DNA of 64,000 nucleotides, from positions 69,107-133,106 of the forward strand of contig CAMVAV010000001.1 of the NCBI GenBank assembly GCA_947165595.1. The letters run 5' to 3'. This DNA is from an uncultured Clostridia bacterium (lineage in GTDB: Bacteria; Bacillota; Clostridia; Oscillospirales; Oscillospiraceae). The notes below the pieces were generated by a model. It did not search any database, was not told the origin of the DNA, and saw nothing but the letters and a program-made list of their open reading frames with translations. A program made the translations under genes and the position numbers. Below are positions 1-8,692 of this stretch, piece by piece (the first letter of the stretch is position 1; each line of letters opens with the position of its first letter).

Positions 1-580
1 TGCTCATCTTCTGCTGCCCGTTCCCCTGCGGTCCGTAACCCGGCTGGCCCTGCTGCCACTGCTGCTGCGGCTGGCCGCCGTAGGGCTGCTGCGCCCCCTG
101 CTGCCACTGCTGCTGCGGCTGACCGCCGTAGGGCTGCTGCGCGCCCTGCTGCCATTGCTGCTGCGGCTGTGCCTGTCCGTAGGGCGGCTGCGCGCCCTGC
201 TGCCATTGCTGCTGCGGCTGTGCCTGTCCGTAGGGCGGCTGCGCGCCCTGCTGCCACTGCGGCTGCGGCGGCTGATCGGGCTGCTGCGCGCCCCGCTGCC
301 ACTGCGGCGCGTCAGGCTGAGGCTGCTGCGGCTGCTGCCACTGCGGCTGCGGCGGCTGATCGGGCTGCTGCGCGCCCTGCTGCCACTGCTGCGGAGCCTG
401 CTGCGCCGCGTCAAACTGCGGCTGCGCGTAAGGCTGCTGCGGGGGCTGGGGCTGCGGTGCAAACTGCTGCTCGCTCTGAGGCGGCTGAGGCGCCGCTCCG
501 CCCGCGCTCATCTGCGCGCCGCACTTGGGGCAGAAAGGGGCACCGTCTTCGACCTGAGTTCCACAATTCGGGCAAAACAT
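1..580 (-). CDS. Zinc-ribbon protein with Gln/Pro/Trp/Tyr-rich repeats; 3' end outside window
   Basis: Hand translation from ATG at 580 (RBS GGAGGAG): MFCPNCGTQVEDGAPFCPKCGAQ, then QQQWQQGAQPPYG-type repeats; open to the window edge and absent from the ORF track. Confidence 0.85.
   Translation of the reverse strand, partial: MFCPNCGTQVEDGAPFCPKCGAQMSAGGAAPQPPQSEQQFAPQPQPPQQPYAQPQFDAAQQAPQQWQQGAQQPDQPPQPQWQQPQQPQPDAPQWQRGAQQPDQPPQPQWQQGAQPPYGQAQPQQQWQQGAQPPYGQAQPQQQWQQGAQQPYGGQPQQQWQQGAQQPYGGQPQQQWQQGQPGYGPQGNGQQKMS
50..390. repeat. Coding tandem repeats, 48-51 bp units
   Basis: An exact 51-bp unit occurs twice from 146 (GAQPPYGQAQPQQQWQQ), plus related 48-bp units (GAQQPYGGQPQQQWQQ). Confidence 0.85.
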
Positions 581-685
581 AGTGATTCTCCTCCCTTTTT
601 ATGCTTCTTTCATCCACTCTGCGCTTTCGAGCGTCGAAACCTCGCCCATACTCCAAACGCGCGGTTTTTCATGCCATCCATCTCC

Positions 686-714
686 TTTATACCCCGAAAA
701 AACGATCCTGTCAA
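686..714 (-). promoter_or_regulatory. Sigma-A-type promoter
   Basis: TTGACA-17 bp-TATAAA on the minus strand, upstream of the 580 start. Confidence 0.6.
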
Positions 715-756
715 TCTTTCTTATGCGTTTTCCGGTCAAATCCCCTGCCCGCGGCG

Positions 757-1467
757 CTATTTCGGTATGATGCAGCCGCACAGACCGCAGTAGTTCGCTC
801 GCCGGTTGGAGGGATTGTCGCAGATCGCGCAGTAGATATCCATCTCGCCCGAGTTCTGGTTGTATCGCCCCGTAGTGTTGATCTTTTTTCGGGTGCTCCC
901 GAAGTCGTAGACGATCCACACGATCCAGAACAGCCAGATCACCGTCAGGATCAGCGACATGTTGTGGATTCCCTCGTCGTCGAATTCAAGATCGCCCGAG
1001 GTGAACATGAAGATGCAAAGCCCAATGCTGAAAAGGATGGCAAAGATCAATCCGCCGACGATCATGTTCCGCTTATAGCGCAGGATGCTCGGATGCCGGG
1101 CGGTCGCGCGCACATAGGGCTGCGGCATGCAGGGGCTCAGAAAGCGCCCGGGGCCGTTTCGCATCGCCCCGCAGCGGGGGCAGGGCGTGAGAGACGCGAC
1201 CTTCGCCGCGTAGCCGCAGTTCCAGCAAAAGCAGTTGTTGAATACCTGCGCGGAATTGCGCATCGCGTCGCCCAGGCCTTCGCCAATGCGCGACGCGTCG
1301 AACATAGGCCCGTCGACATAGCCGCCGCCGTTGCCGACCGGCCCGCCGAGGTTGAGCCCTCCGCCGCGCCGGGACACGCCCCTGCTGCTCTCGCTCGAGA
1401 CATTGCGCTCGCGGCTTCTGGGCCTGCTGCCGCCGCCCTGCCTCGAGTCACGTGAAAAATTGCCCAT
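757..1467 (-). CDS. Membrane protein with Arg/Gly-rich leader, two Cys-rich zinc ribbons and 2 TM helices
   Basis: CWNC..CPRC and CAIC..CGLC motifs; two hydrophobic segments; RBS GGGAGGAG. Confidence 0.8.
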   Translation of the reverse strand: MGNFSRDSRQGGGSRPRSRERNVSSESSRGVSRRGGGLNLGGPVGNGGGYVDGPMFDASRIGEGLGDAMRNSAQVFNNCFCWNCGYAAKVASLTPCPRCGAMRNGPGRFLSPCMPQPYVRATARHPSILRYKRNMIVGGLIFAILFSIGLCIFMFTSGDLEFDDEGIHNMSLILTVIWLFWIVWIVYDFGSTRKKINTTGRYNQNSGEMDIYCAICDNPSNRRANYCGLCGCIIPK

Positions 1468-1494
1468 CGAATGCTCCTCCCTTCAGGTTTTCCG

Positions 1495-1965
1495 TCACAC
1501 CCGGACAATCACTGTGTCGCCGTCCTCCGTGTCGAGCGTGCCGCTCGCCGCGCCCAGATCGAGCAGCGAGTTTTCCACGCCGCTGTTCGTGCCGGAGTGC
1601 ATGTTGTTCTTTTTGCTTCCGCCGAGGAACCGGCGCGCCAGCACGAAGAGGATCGCGATGATCAGAACGATGATAATGATCCTGGCAATGGGGAATCGCT
1701 TCCTGGGCGGCTGGAACGGCTGCTGGTACGGCTGCTGCATCGGCTGTTGATACGGCTGTTGATACGGCTGCTGCATCGGCTGCTGGTACGGCTGCTGCAC
1801 CGGCTGCTGATAAGGCTGCTGCACCGGCTGCTGATAAGGCTGCTGCACCGGCTGCCGATAAGGCTGCTGCACCGGCTGCTGTACCGCGCCGAGCGGCGCG
1901 CCGCAGCGCTGGCAGTTCATAACGCCGTCGGGGTTCTGTCCCCCGCAATTCGGGCAAATCATCAT
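1495..1965 (-). CDS. Zinc-ribbon protein with QQPY/QQPV repeats and one TM helix
   Basis: CPNC..CQRC, (QQPY/QQPV/QQPM)n, IIIIVLIIAILFVL; RBS GGGAGG. Confidence 0.8.
   Translation of the reverse strand: MMICPNCGGQNPDGVMNCQRCGAPLGAVQQPVQQPYRQPVQQPYQQPVQQPYQQPVQQPYQQPMQQPYQQPYQQPMQQPYQQPFQPPRKRFPIARIIIIVLIIAILFVLARRFLGGSKKNNMHSGTNSGVENSLLDLGAASGTLDTEDGDTVIVRV
1716..1882. repeat. 12/24-bp coding tandem repeats (QQPx)
   Basis: Repeated units such as ggctgctgcacc / ggctgctgataa / ggctgttgatac. Confidence 0.85.
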
Positions 1966-1992
1966 AGCTTAGAACCTCCCGTTCTCTCCCGA

Positions 1993-3237
1993 TCACTCCA
2001 TCAGCGGCGTCCAGTAGTGGTTGCCGTCGGTGTCCTCAAGCCGGTAGCAGGCGGTCAGCTCGCCGGGGATGTGGTAATTCTTGATCTCCGGCTCACTGGA
2101 TACGGTCATCTGCTCACCGAAGAAATAGTTGTTGATAAACTCGCCGCCGTAGTCGTAGAAATCGCAGACAAAGTCCACCTTGTCGCCCTCGTTGACGGGG
2201 ATCAGATCCTTGACCATCTCCTCCACGCTCAGGTCGCTGCCGGGGCCCTCCTCGATGACCTTCGCGCCGGCGATATAGCCCTCCGGCGTCGCGTTGTCAA
2301 AGGCGAGGATGATGTTGACGTGCTGATCGTTCAAAAACGCGGGGACATAGCCGATGATGCGGTACTGATCGTTGTCGTTCTCGATGGTGGTGAGGTGGTA
2401 GAACGCGACGGGATAGCGGTCGATGCACATCCAGGTCCCGTCGTACTCGCCGATGAGGTCGCCGTTGTCGTCGAAGTCGAACAGCGGATCGAGCCCGAGG
2501 TCGATGAAGCCCTCGCCGTCGTCGATGAAGACGTTGAGCTTGACCGTCTCGATCTTGTCCCAGTCGTCGTCGCTGAGCTTGAGGACGTTCTGTCCCTTCC
2601 CGTTGGTCGACCAGTAGAACTTCTCCGGATCGATCGCGCCCCCGCCGCTCTGCTCCGTGGAGACGAAGTTGCTCGCCAGCGCCTCGACCATCTGATCGCC
2701 GTCGCCGGAGAGCAACCCGCTGAACTGCGAGACCATGCTGCGCGACACCAGCCCGGACGAGCGCGCGTTGGAGCTGCTGGAGCTTCTGCCGCCGGAATCC
2801 ATGCCGGAGATAATATCCCCGCCGGCCCCCTGCAGCGCGCTGGAGAAACGGTCGACGATGCTGTCGCTCGAGTCGGTCGAATCCGCGACGCCGTGCAGCG
2901 CGCTCTCAAAAATATTGGTGAGGGAACCGCCGCCGCCGAGCGAGACGAAAATCAGCAGCACGACGAGCACGGCGATCCACACGCCCGCGCCGCCTCCGCC
3001 GCCGCGGCGGTCGTCATAGTAGCCGACGCCGCTGCGGTCCCGGTATCCGCCGCTGTTGCCGACCGGCCCGCCGAGGTTGAGCCCTCCGCCGCGCCGGGTC
3101 GCGCTTCTGCTGCTGCCGCTCGAGGTGTTCCGCTCGCGGCTTCTGGGGCGGCTCCCGCCGCCGCTGGTGCGGCTGCTGCGGCTGAAGCCGCCGCCGGACG
3201 ATCTGCTGCCGCCGCCGGAAGTTCTGTTCACTGCCAT
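1993..3237 (-). CDS. Membrane-anchored protein resembling the N- and C-termini of clostridial clostripain-family (C11) proteins, apparently without the catalytic domain
   Basis: RPRSRERN...RRGGGL..GPVG leader, TM helix, C-terminal GFIDLGLD..FDFDDNGDLIGEYDGTW...HYWTP; start ATG 3237 with RBS GGAGG. Confidence 0.65.
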   Translation of the reverse strand: MAVNRTSGGGSRSSGGGFSRSSRTSGGGSRPRSRERNTSSGSSRSATRRGGGLNLGGPVGNSGGYRDRSGVGYYDDRRGGGGGAGVWIAVLVVLLIFVSLGGGGSLTNIFESALHGVADSTDSSDSIVDRFSSALQGAGGDIISGMDSGGRSSSSSNARSSGLVSRSMVSQFSGLLSGDGDQMVEALASNFVSTEQSGGGAIDPEKFYWSTNGKGQNVLKLSDDDWDKIETVKLNVFIDDGEGFIDLGLDPLFDFDDNGDLIGEYDGTWMCIDRYPVAFYHLTTIENDNDQYRIIGYVPAFLNDQHVNIILAFDNATPEGYIAGAKVIEEGPGSDLSVEEMVKDLIPVNEGDKVDFVCDFYDYGGEFINNYFFGEQMTVSSEPEIKNYHIPGELTACYRLEDTDGNHYWTPLME

Positions 3238-3466
3238 ATCCGTTACCTCCAATCTTTTCTCATTCCAAGGGCCACGAGGTCAAGACGTCATCTTCCATCC
3301 CGAACGCTATGATCTGATTATAGATTATAGCGTATCGGCGCGTACTTTGGAATAGTGTCAAAATACTTGCCAACGGCAAATTTTGTCACACTCCATTCAT
3401 TTAGACTGTCATCGTCACGATTTGGTTCCATCCGCAAACCAAACGGCGCAATTTTGCGGAAAGCCC

Positions 3467-3494
3467 TTGCACTTTTTGAAAAAATGGGTATAAT
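3467..3494 (+). promoter_or_regulatory. Sigma-A-type promoter
   Basis: TTGCAC-16 bp-TATAAT. Confidence 0.55.
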
Positions 3495-3523
3495 TGGACT
3501 AACTATTTTTGGGAGGTATGCAG

Positions 3524-3988
3524 ATGAAAGCGAAAAAGTCCAAAAAGAGCAAGTCCCTCAAGCAGGAGCAGGCAAAGCAGGCGATCGACGCCGCCGAGCT
3601 GAGCGCCCCCGCGGAGGCCGTGGCTCCCGAGGCTGCCGCTCCCGCCGCTCCGTCGGCCGCCGCGAAGGCGAAGGCGCCGGCGAAGGAGACCAGGGCAGGC
3701 GCCCCGAGAAAGGGCGGCCGCCCGCCCATGACCGCCGCCGAGAAGGCCGCGAGCGCCAAGGCGAGGAAGGAAGCCAAGGAGAAGGAGGCACATCTGGTCC
3801 CCTCCCTGATCCTCCAGTACGATGGCCGCGAGGTGGAGCTCGCGCCGGTGGTCGAGGCTGCGAGGGCCGCGTTCAAGGCGGAGCACAAGCGCACGCCGCT
3901 GACCGATCTGACGGTTTACATCAAGCCGGAGGACGGAGCCGCCTACTTCGTTGCCAACGGCTACACAAACGGAAAGATCGATCTCTAA
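3524..3988 (+). CDS. DUF6465-like protein with Lys/Ala-rich N-terminus
   Basis: C-terminal LQYDGRE...VYIKPEDGAAYFVANG motif; RBS GGAGG 7 nt before ATG 3524. Confidence 0.75.
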   Translation: MKAKKSKKSKSLKQEQAKQAIDAAELSAPAEAVAPEAAAPAAPSAAAKAKAPAKETRAGAPRKGGRPPMTAAEKAASAKARKEAKEKEAHLVPSLILQYDGREVELAPVVEAARAAFKAEHKRTPLTDLTVYIKPEDGAAYFVANGYTNGKIDL

Positions 3989-4006
3989 ATCGAAAACTGA
4001 TATTTC

Positions 4007-4042
4007 GGGGCGGGGCCGGTTGCGCGGTCCCGTCCTTTTTTT
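4007..4042 (+). terminator. Intrinsic terminator
   Basis: GC hairpin followed by a T-run, between convergent genes. Confidence 0.6.
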
Positions 4043-4829
4043 ATCCGTAGGAATGCAGTCCCGGCATCAGCGTGTTGACGCCGGCAAAGGTGAACAGGAC
4101 CACCGGCACGGCGACGACGGCGAACCACGCCATTTTTCTGCCGCTGTGCCCCGCGCGCAGGCGCAGATGCAGGTATGCCGCGTAGAGGATCCACGTGATC
4201 AGCGCCCAGACCTCCTTGGGGTCCCAGGTCCAGAACGACGACCACGCCTGCTCCGCCCAGATCGCGCCGGAGAGGATCGTGACGGTCAGCAGCAGAAAAC
4301 CGAGGGCGATGAGGCGGTAGCCCATATAGTCGATCCGGCGCAGCTGCAGCTCCTCCGCCTCCGGCTTTTTGGCGAGCGTAAGGTAGCGAAGCCCCGCGCA
4401 GCCCGAGAGCAGGAACGCGGAGTAGGAGAACACGGCGGAGCCGATGTGGAACGCGAACCACGAACTGCGCAGCGCCGGCATCAGCTCCGTGATCTCGCGC
4501 GGCTGGAGCGCGGCGTAGGACAGCACGAGAAACGCAGCCGGGATCGCCGCCGTCGCCAGCCAGTCCGCGCGGAAGCGGGTCCGGGCGACGAGCAGCAGAA
4601 GCGAAACGCCCCACGCGAGCGCGGCGGAGAACTCAAACTGATTGGAAAGCGGCAGACGATGCGCCGTCACGCCGCGCAGGACGAGGAACGCCGTGTGCGC
4701 GGCAAAGGCTGCGAGAAACAGCCGCCACGCCCACACGGCGATCCTTTCGCGCCGGAACGCCATCCCCGCGAATTGCAGCACCACGGCGGCGAAATAAAGG
4801 CACAGCGTGCCGAAAAACAGTGCGTTCAT
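4041..4829 (-). CDS. ccsA: Cytochrome c biogenesis protein CcsA (system II)
   Basis: WWD-domain motif WAEQAWSSFWTWDPKEVWALITW, conserved His residues, C-terminal GLHSY, multiple TM helices. Confidence 0.92.
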   Translation of the reverse strand: MNALFFGTLCLYFAAVVLQFAGMAFRRERIAVWAWRLFLAAFAAHTAFLVLRGVTAHRLPLSNQFEFSAALAWGVSLLLLVARTRFRADWLATAAIPAAFLVLSYAALQPREITELMPALRSSWFAFHIGSAVFSYSAFLLSGCAGLRYLTLAKKPEAEELQLRRIDYMGYRLIALGFLLLTVTILSGAIWAEQAWSSFWTWDPKEVWALITWILYAAYLHLRLRAGHSGRKMAWFAVVAVPVVLFTFAGVNTLMPGLHSYG

Positions 4830-5351
4830 GCTTCCGTTTCCTCCGCAAGATCATCCCGGAGCAGCAGGGAGAGCTCCACGCGCAGCCCCTCCGGCCTCCC
4901 GACGGCGCAGCCCTCCGCGTCCAGACGGACCAGCACGGGCTGCAGGAAAAAGGTGAGGTAAAGCCCCGCGACCATCAGCGCGAACGACGCGGTCAGCAGC
5001 GCGTCCACCGCCGCCGGCGTCCGTCCCGGTCAGCCGCAGCGTGAGCGGCAGCCTCGCCGCCTCCGCGACAGGGCTTCCGCCGCCCTTCGCGACGCGGCGC
5101 ACGCGCACGACGGAGCAGAGCGTCAGGTTGAGGCACAGCAGCGCCAGCAACACCGCGAAATACCAGCTCGTGAAGATGCGGTGCAGCCCCAGCAGCAGAA
5201 TGACGCCGTGCGCGCCGCGATATGTCTGCGCGTAAAACGCGACGTCCCTCCCCTGCGGGATCACGGAGCCGAGCACGGAGCACGCCGCGACCAGCGCCAG
5301 CAGGATCAGCCCGAAGCGCATGGAGCGCAGCAGGTTCCAAAGCTTTTTCAT
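4826..5351 (-). pseudogene. resB: ResB/CcsB-like cytochrome c biogenesis gene, frameshifted and very short
   Basis: N-terminus (LRSMRFGLILL..GSVIPQG..IFTSWYF..LLCLNLTLCS) in one frame; C-terminal TM (ASFALMVAGLYLTFF) in another frame whose stop overlaps the ccsA ATG; 526 bp total. Confidence 0.7.
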
Positions 5352-5414
5352 GGCTTCCTCATAGCAACTCCGCCCGCCTTTCGGTGGACGGAGTTTTGTG
5401 TGGCCGGTTCTCTG

Positions 5415-7232
5415 TCAGGATTTGAACATGCCCATTGCCTGCCCGGTCAGCGCCTCCGCCTTGTCGAGGCACTCGTACGTCAGGCTCGGATTGTGCGCGC
5501 CCTCGGCATTCTCCACGAACACGAAGTCCCAGTAGAACTGCGCGTCGCGGGCGACGGATCGGATCGCGTCCAGCTCGGCGTCGGTATAGGCACCGCCCGC
5601 CGCGGCCTCCGCCAGCTTATCGGTCAGCTCCTGCAGCGCGTAGCCGACGGCGTTGGTGCGCTCCTCCACCTTCTCCTGCACGGCATGCACCTCGGACACC
5701 AGGTCCGCGTGGCACTTCGAGCAGTTGTTCGCGATCAGAGAGGGATTGTCGAGCGGGCTCGTGAGATAGTGGCTCTTGAACGGAGCGCCGTTGGACTTCG
5801 TCCCGTCCGGCATGTGGCAGTCGGCGCAGGTGAAGACGTCGCGATGGGGGCTGCCCTCGAGCAGCCAGGTCTCGAACTCGGGGTGCTGCACCTTGATCTG
5901 CCGAACGCCCGTGCGCGGGTTCGTCCAGTCCGCAAAGGGCTGGCCGTCGACGAGCAGCACGTTGTTGTAGTAATTGAGGATCTCGTCGGGATGCATGGAC
6001 GCGAGGCTCGTGTGCGGCAGGGTCGTCGCCTTGGTCTCGGGGTCAAAGTAGTATTCGACGTGGCACTGTCCGCAGGCGAGATCGCAGGCGTCGATCTTCT
6101 CAAAGTCGTCGCCCACCGCGTCGGTCAGATAGCTGTGCGTGACCGTCACGGTGCCGGGGCGGTTGGCGTGGCAGTTGTAGCAGCTGATGCCCTCGTTGAC
6201 CTGCTGCATCACGTCGTCGAACGCGAGCCGGTACGCCTCGTCGCCCTTCTCGTTGACCATGGCGGTGAAGTTGGGCGTCTTGCAGGTGAAGCAGTTCGCC
6301 AGCGCGTGCGGGCGCCCCGTCTCGGTGATGTCGTCGATGTCGTAGAAGTGGCCGCGGGCGCTGGAATACGAGATGGCGAAGCCGTAGCCCTCGTAGAGTG
6401 TGCGGAGCATCGGATAGTCCTCGAGATAATCCGTGACCTCGCTGTTCTCCTGATTCTGCATATAGGTCTTATAGACCTCCGGATACTGCGCCGACCAGTC
6501 CTGCGCGCTGTAGACTGTGACGCCGGAGCCGGTCTCGACCTTCTGCGCGACCGTGTCCGCCTTGACGGTCGTGGGCGTCGGCGGTGTGACCGCGGCGACC
6601 GGGGCGGGCTCCGTCGTGCCGCTCCCCGCGGCCGCGCCCGCCGATTCGCCGGCCGGAAGATTGTACCGCGGGGCGATATCCTCCGCCTTGCTCTTGTCGA
6701 GGTACGGCTCCGCCGCCCGGAGCGCGCGGTTGACGCACTCGATGACCGCGGTGCAGCTGATCGTCGCGCCGGTCACGGCGTCGATGTTCTCCTTGAGCTT
6801 GAGGGGGATCGTGCGGCCGGTGAACTGGTCGCGGAACTCCGCCTCCTGCACGCGGGAACCGAGGCCGGGCGTCTCCTTGAACTTCTGCCTGCCGGGCTGC
6901 ACGGCAAGGATGCCGCCGTTCAGGTCAAAGCCCGTCAGCACCTCGACGGGGCCCTGGCAGCCGGTGACGGTCAGCTGCGTCACATAGCCGACGAGCTGTC
7001 CGTTCCGGTACGCCTCGTAGCAGGCATCGACGCTGCTGCCCTCCTCGAGCTCCATGAGGCGGAACTCGTCCGCGTCGGCAAACACCGCCTGACGGTCGCG
7101 GACCGCCTGCTGCTCGGCATTGAGCTTGATTTTGCCGCGCGTCAGCACGTCCACCGTGCCGAGCAGCGCGGCGACGACCACGCCGATGAGCGTGAGCACC
7201 AGCCATGAAGGAAGCTTTTTGTTCAAGCCCAT
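5415..7232 (-). CDS. nrfA: Fusion of an RnfG-like FMN-binding domain and pentaheme cytochrome c nitrite reductase NrfA
   Basis: CFTCK (Lys-ligated heme 1), CYNCH, CGQCHVEYY, CADCH, CSKCH, RGH and KVQH motifs; N-terminal TM, ETPGLGS and DAVTGAT flavinylation motif. Confidence 0.9.
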   Translation of the reverse strand: MGLNKKLPSWLVLTLIGVVVAALLGTVDVLTRGKIKLNAEQQAVRDRQAVFADADEFRLMELEEGSSVDACYEAYRNGQLVGYVTQLTVTGCQGPVEVLTGFDLNGGILAVQPGRQKFKETPGLGSRVQEAEFRDQFTGRTIPLKLKENIDAVTGATISCTAVIECVNRALRAAEPYLDKSKAEDIAPRYNLPAGESAGAAAGSGTTEPAPVAAVTPPTPTTVKADTVAQKVETGSGVTVYSAQDWSAQYPEVYKTYMQNQENSEVTDYLEDYPMLRTLYEGYGFAISYSSARGHFYDIDDITETGRPHALANCFTCKTPNFTAMVNEKGDEAYRLAFDDVMQQVNEGISCYNCHANRPGTVTVTHSYLTDAVGDDFEKIDACDLACGQCHVEYYFDPETKATTLPHTSLASMHPDEILNYYNNVLLVDGQPFADWTNPRTGVRQIKVQHPEFETWLLEGSPHRDVFTCADCHMPDGTKSNGAPFKSHYLTSPLDNPSLIANNCSKCHADLVSEVHAVQEKVEERTNAVGYALQELTDKLAEAAAGGAYTDAELDAIRSVARDAQFYWDFVFVENAEGAHNPSLTYECLDKAEALTGQAMGMFKS

Positions 7233-7300
7233 CCCCTCCGCAGAATAAGCTCATGAATCGATTTTTTATTTTAAGGAAGCGCGGCGGCGCAGCCGGCATT

Positions 7301-8671
7301 TCACTCCGTCCGCCCAGGCGGGGGAAACAGGATGACCGACGCCGTGAACACGCCGGAATCCGCGCTGAACGAGCCCGTGCCGCCGTAGCGCTCGGCAATG
7401 CTGCGCACCGACGCGATGCCGATGCCGTCTCCCTCGTGCTTGGTGGAGCGAAACGTCCCGCTCCCGCCCGGCTCCGGCGCGAGAGCGCAGCTGTTGCGCA
7501 CGACGAGCGTGAACGGCGCATGCGCGGCCTTGTCCCGGACGCCGCCCGAGACCGAGACGAACGCCTCTCCCTCCACGTGCGCGCACGCCTCCGCCGCGTT
7601 TTCCAGCAGATTGCCGAACAGCACGGCGAGATCCGGCTTCTCCACAAACACGTCCTCGGGGACCTCCGTCCTGACCGTGAACCGGATGCCCGCTCCCGCC
7701 GCCCGGTCCGCGAAATACAGCAGCACCGAATTGACGGTCTCGTTCTCGCAGTAGGCAAGCGGACGCTCCAGAGACTCCAGCTCCGGATAGCTCGCGAGCA
7801 GCTCGTCCAGCGCGGCGAAATCCCGCTTGTCGCGGATATGCCTGAGCAGCACCAGATGGTGCCTCAGATCGTGCCGCGCGCGGCGCGCCTCCTCGATGTG
7901 GCGGCGCAGGTTTTCGTACTGCACGCTTTGCAGCGAGAGCGCGTGGTTCTCCGCCTGCAGGCGCCGGTTTTTCTCCTCCGCGCGCACCAGCTGCACGATC
8001 CGGCGGTAGATCAGCACGGAGCCCGCGTCGATCAGCAGAAGATACCCCGTGCTGACGGGGTCGAGCGCGTTTTCCAGCGCGGAGCGCCCCGAGAGGTAAA
8101 AGTGCTGCGTCCAGATCAGGTAAAAGATCGCCGGGATCAGCCACAGGTCGCGCCACAGATCGCGCGAGCCGGACAGGCCGCCTTCGCCGTCCGCGCCGGA
8201 GCAGATTCCGCGCAGGATCAGACGGTAGATCAGCGGCAGGAGGATCAGCTGTACCGGCAGCATCATCAACGGATAGGTGAAGTGGTAGCGCAGCAGCGCA
8301 TACGAGGGGAACAGCAGCCCCTCGATGCATTTGGACAGCACCACCACAAGATTGCCGAGGTCCATCAGCACCAGCACGGTAAACACCAGCTTGCCGATGG
8401 GCTCGCGGAGAATGAGGAAAATCATGCCGACGTACAGCAGCGCGCTCGTCACGTCGTACAACGGGCTCGGCGGCGACGGCGAAAAGAGAACGATGGGCGT
8501 CGTCACCAGCCGGAGCGCCACGGCAGCGCCCACCAAAAGAAACGTCGTGCGCCTGCCAAACCGCCAGCGCTCGCGGAACGCGTAAAGCACCAATACGGTG
8601 TAAGGAAGCGAATCCAAAAGCTCGTAAAGGACGGTCTCCCAGATCGCAAACGGCTGATCCATCACATTCAT
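7301..8671 (-). CDS. Membrane GHKL sensor histidine kinase (AgrC/VirS-like)
   Basis: H-box RHDLRHH, N-box GNLLENAAEA, G-box STKHEGDGIGI; polytopic N-terminus. Confidence 0.88.
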   Translation of the reverse strand: MNVMDQPFAIWETVLYELLDSLPYTVLVLYAFRERWRFGRRTTFLLVGAAVALRLVTTPIVLFSPSPPSPLYDVTSALLYVGMIFLILREPIGKLVFTVLVLMDLGNLVVVLSKCIEGLLFPSYALLRYHFTYPLMMLPVQLILLPLIYRLILRGICSGADGEGGLSGSRDLWRDLWLIPAIFYLIWTQHFYLSGRSALENALDPVSTGYLLLIDAGSVLIYRRIVQLVRAEEKNRRLQAENHALSLQSVQYENLRRHIEEARRARHDLRHHLVLLRHIRDKRDFAALDELLASYPELESLERPLAYCENETVNSVLLYFADRAAGAGIRFTVRTEVPEDVFVEKPDLAVLFGNLLENAAEACAHVEGEAFVSVSGGVRDKAAHAPFTLVVRNSCALAPEPGGSGTFRSTKHEGDGIGIASVRSIAERYGGTGSFSADSGVFTASVILFPPPGRTE

Positions 8672-8692
8672 GGCGTCTCTGCCGCGCTCCCT

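Noticed and set aside
608-681. Short minus-strand ORF or riboswitch in the leader of the first gene
   Set aside because: Its RBS overlaps the predicted -10 element, and I see no convincing c-di-GMP or other aptamer consensus.
4-793. Repetitive ORFs in the track (4..462, 155..793, 169..582)
   Set aside because: They are shadow frames of the Gln/Pro repeat gene starting at 580, which has the RBS and the zinc ribbon.
50-1882. Tandem repeats as a possible CRISPR array
   Set aside because: The units are codon multiples inside genes, have no unique spacers, and no cas genes are present.
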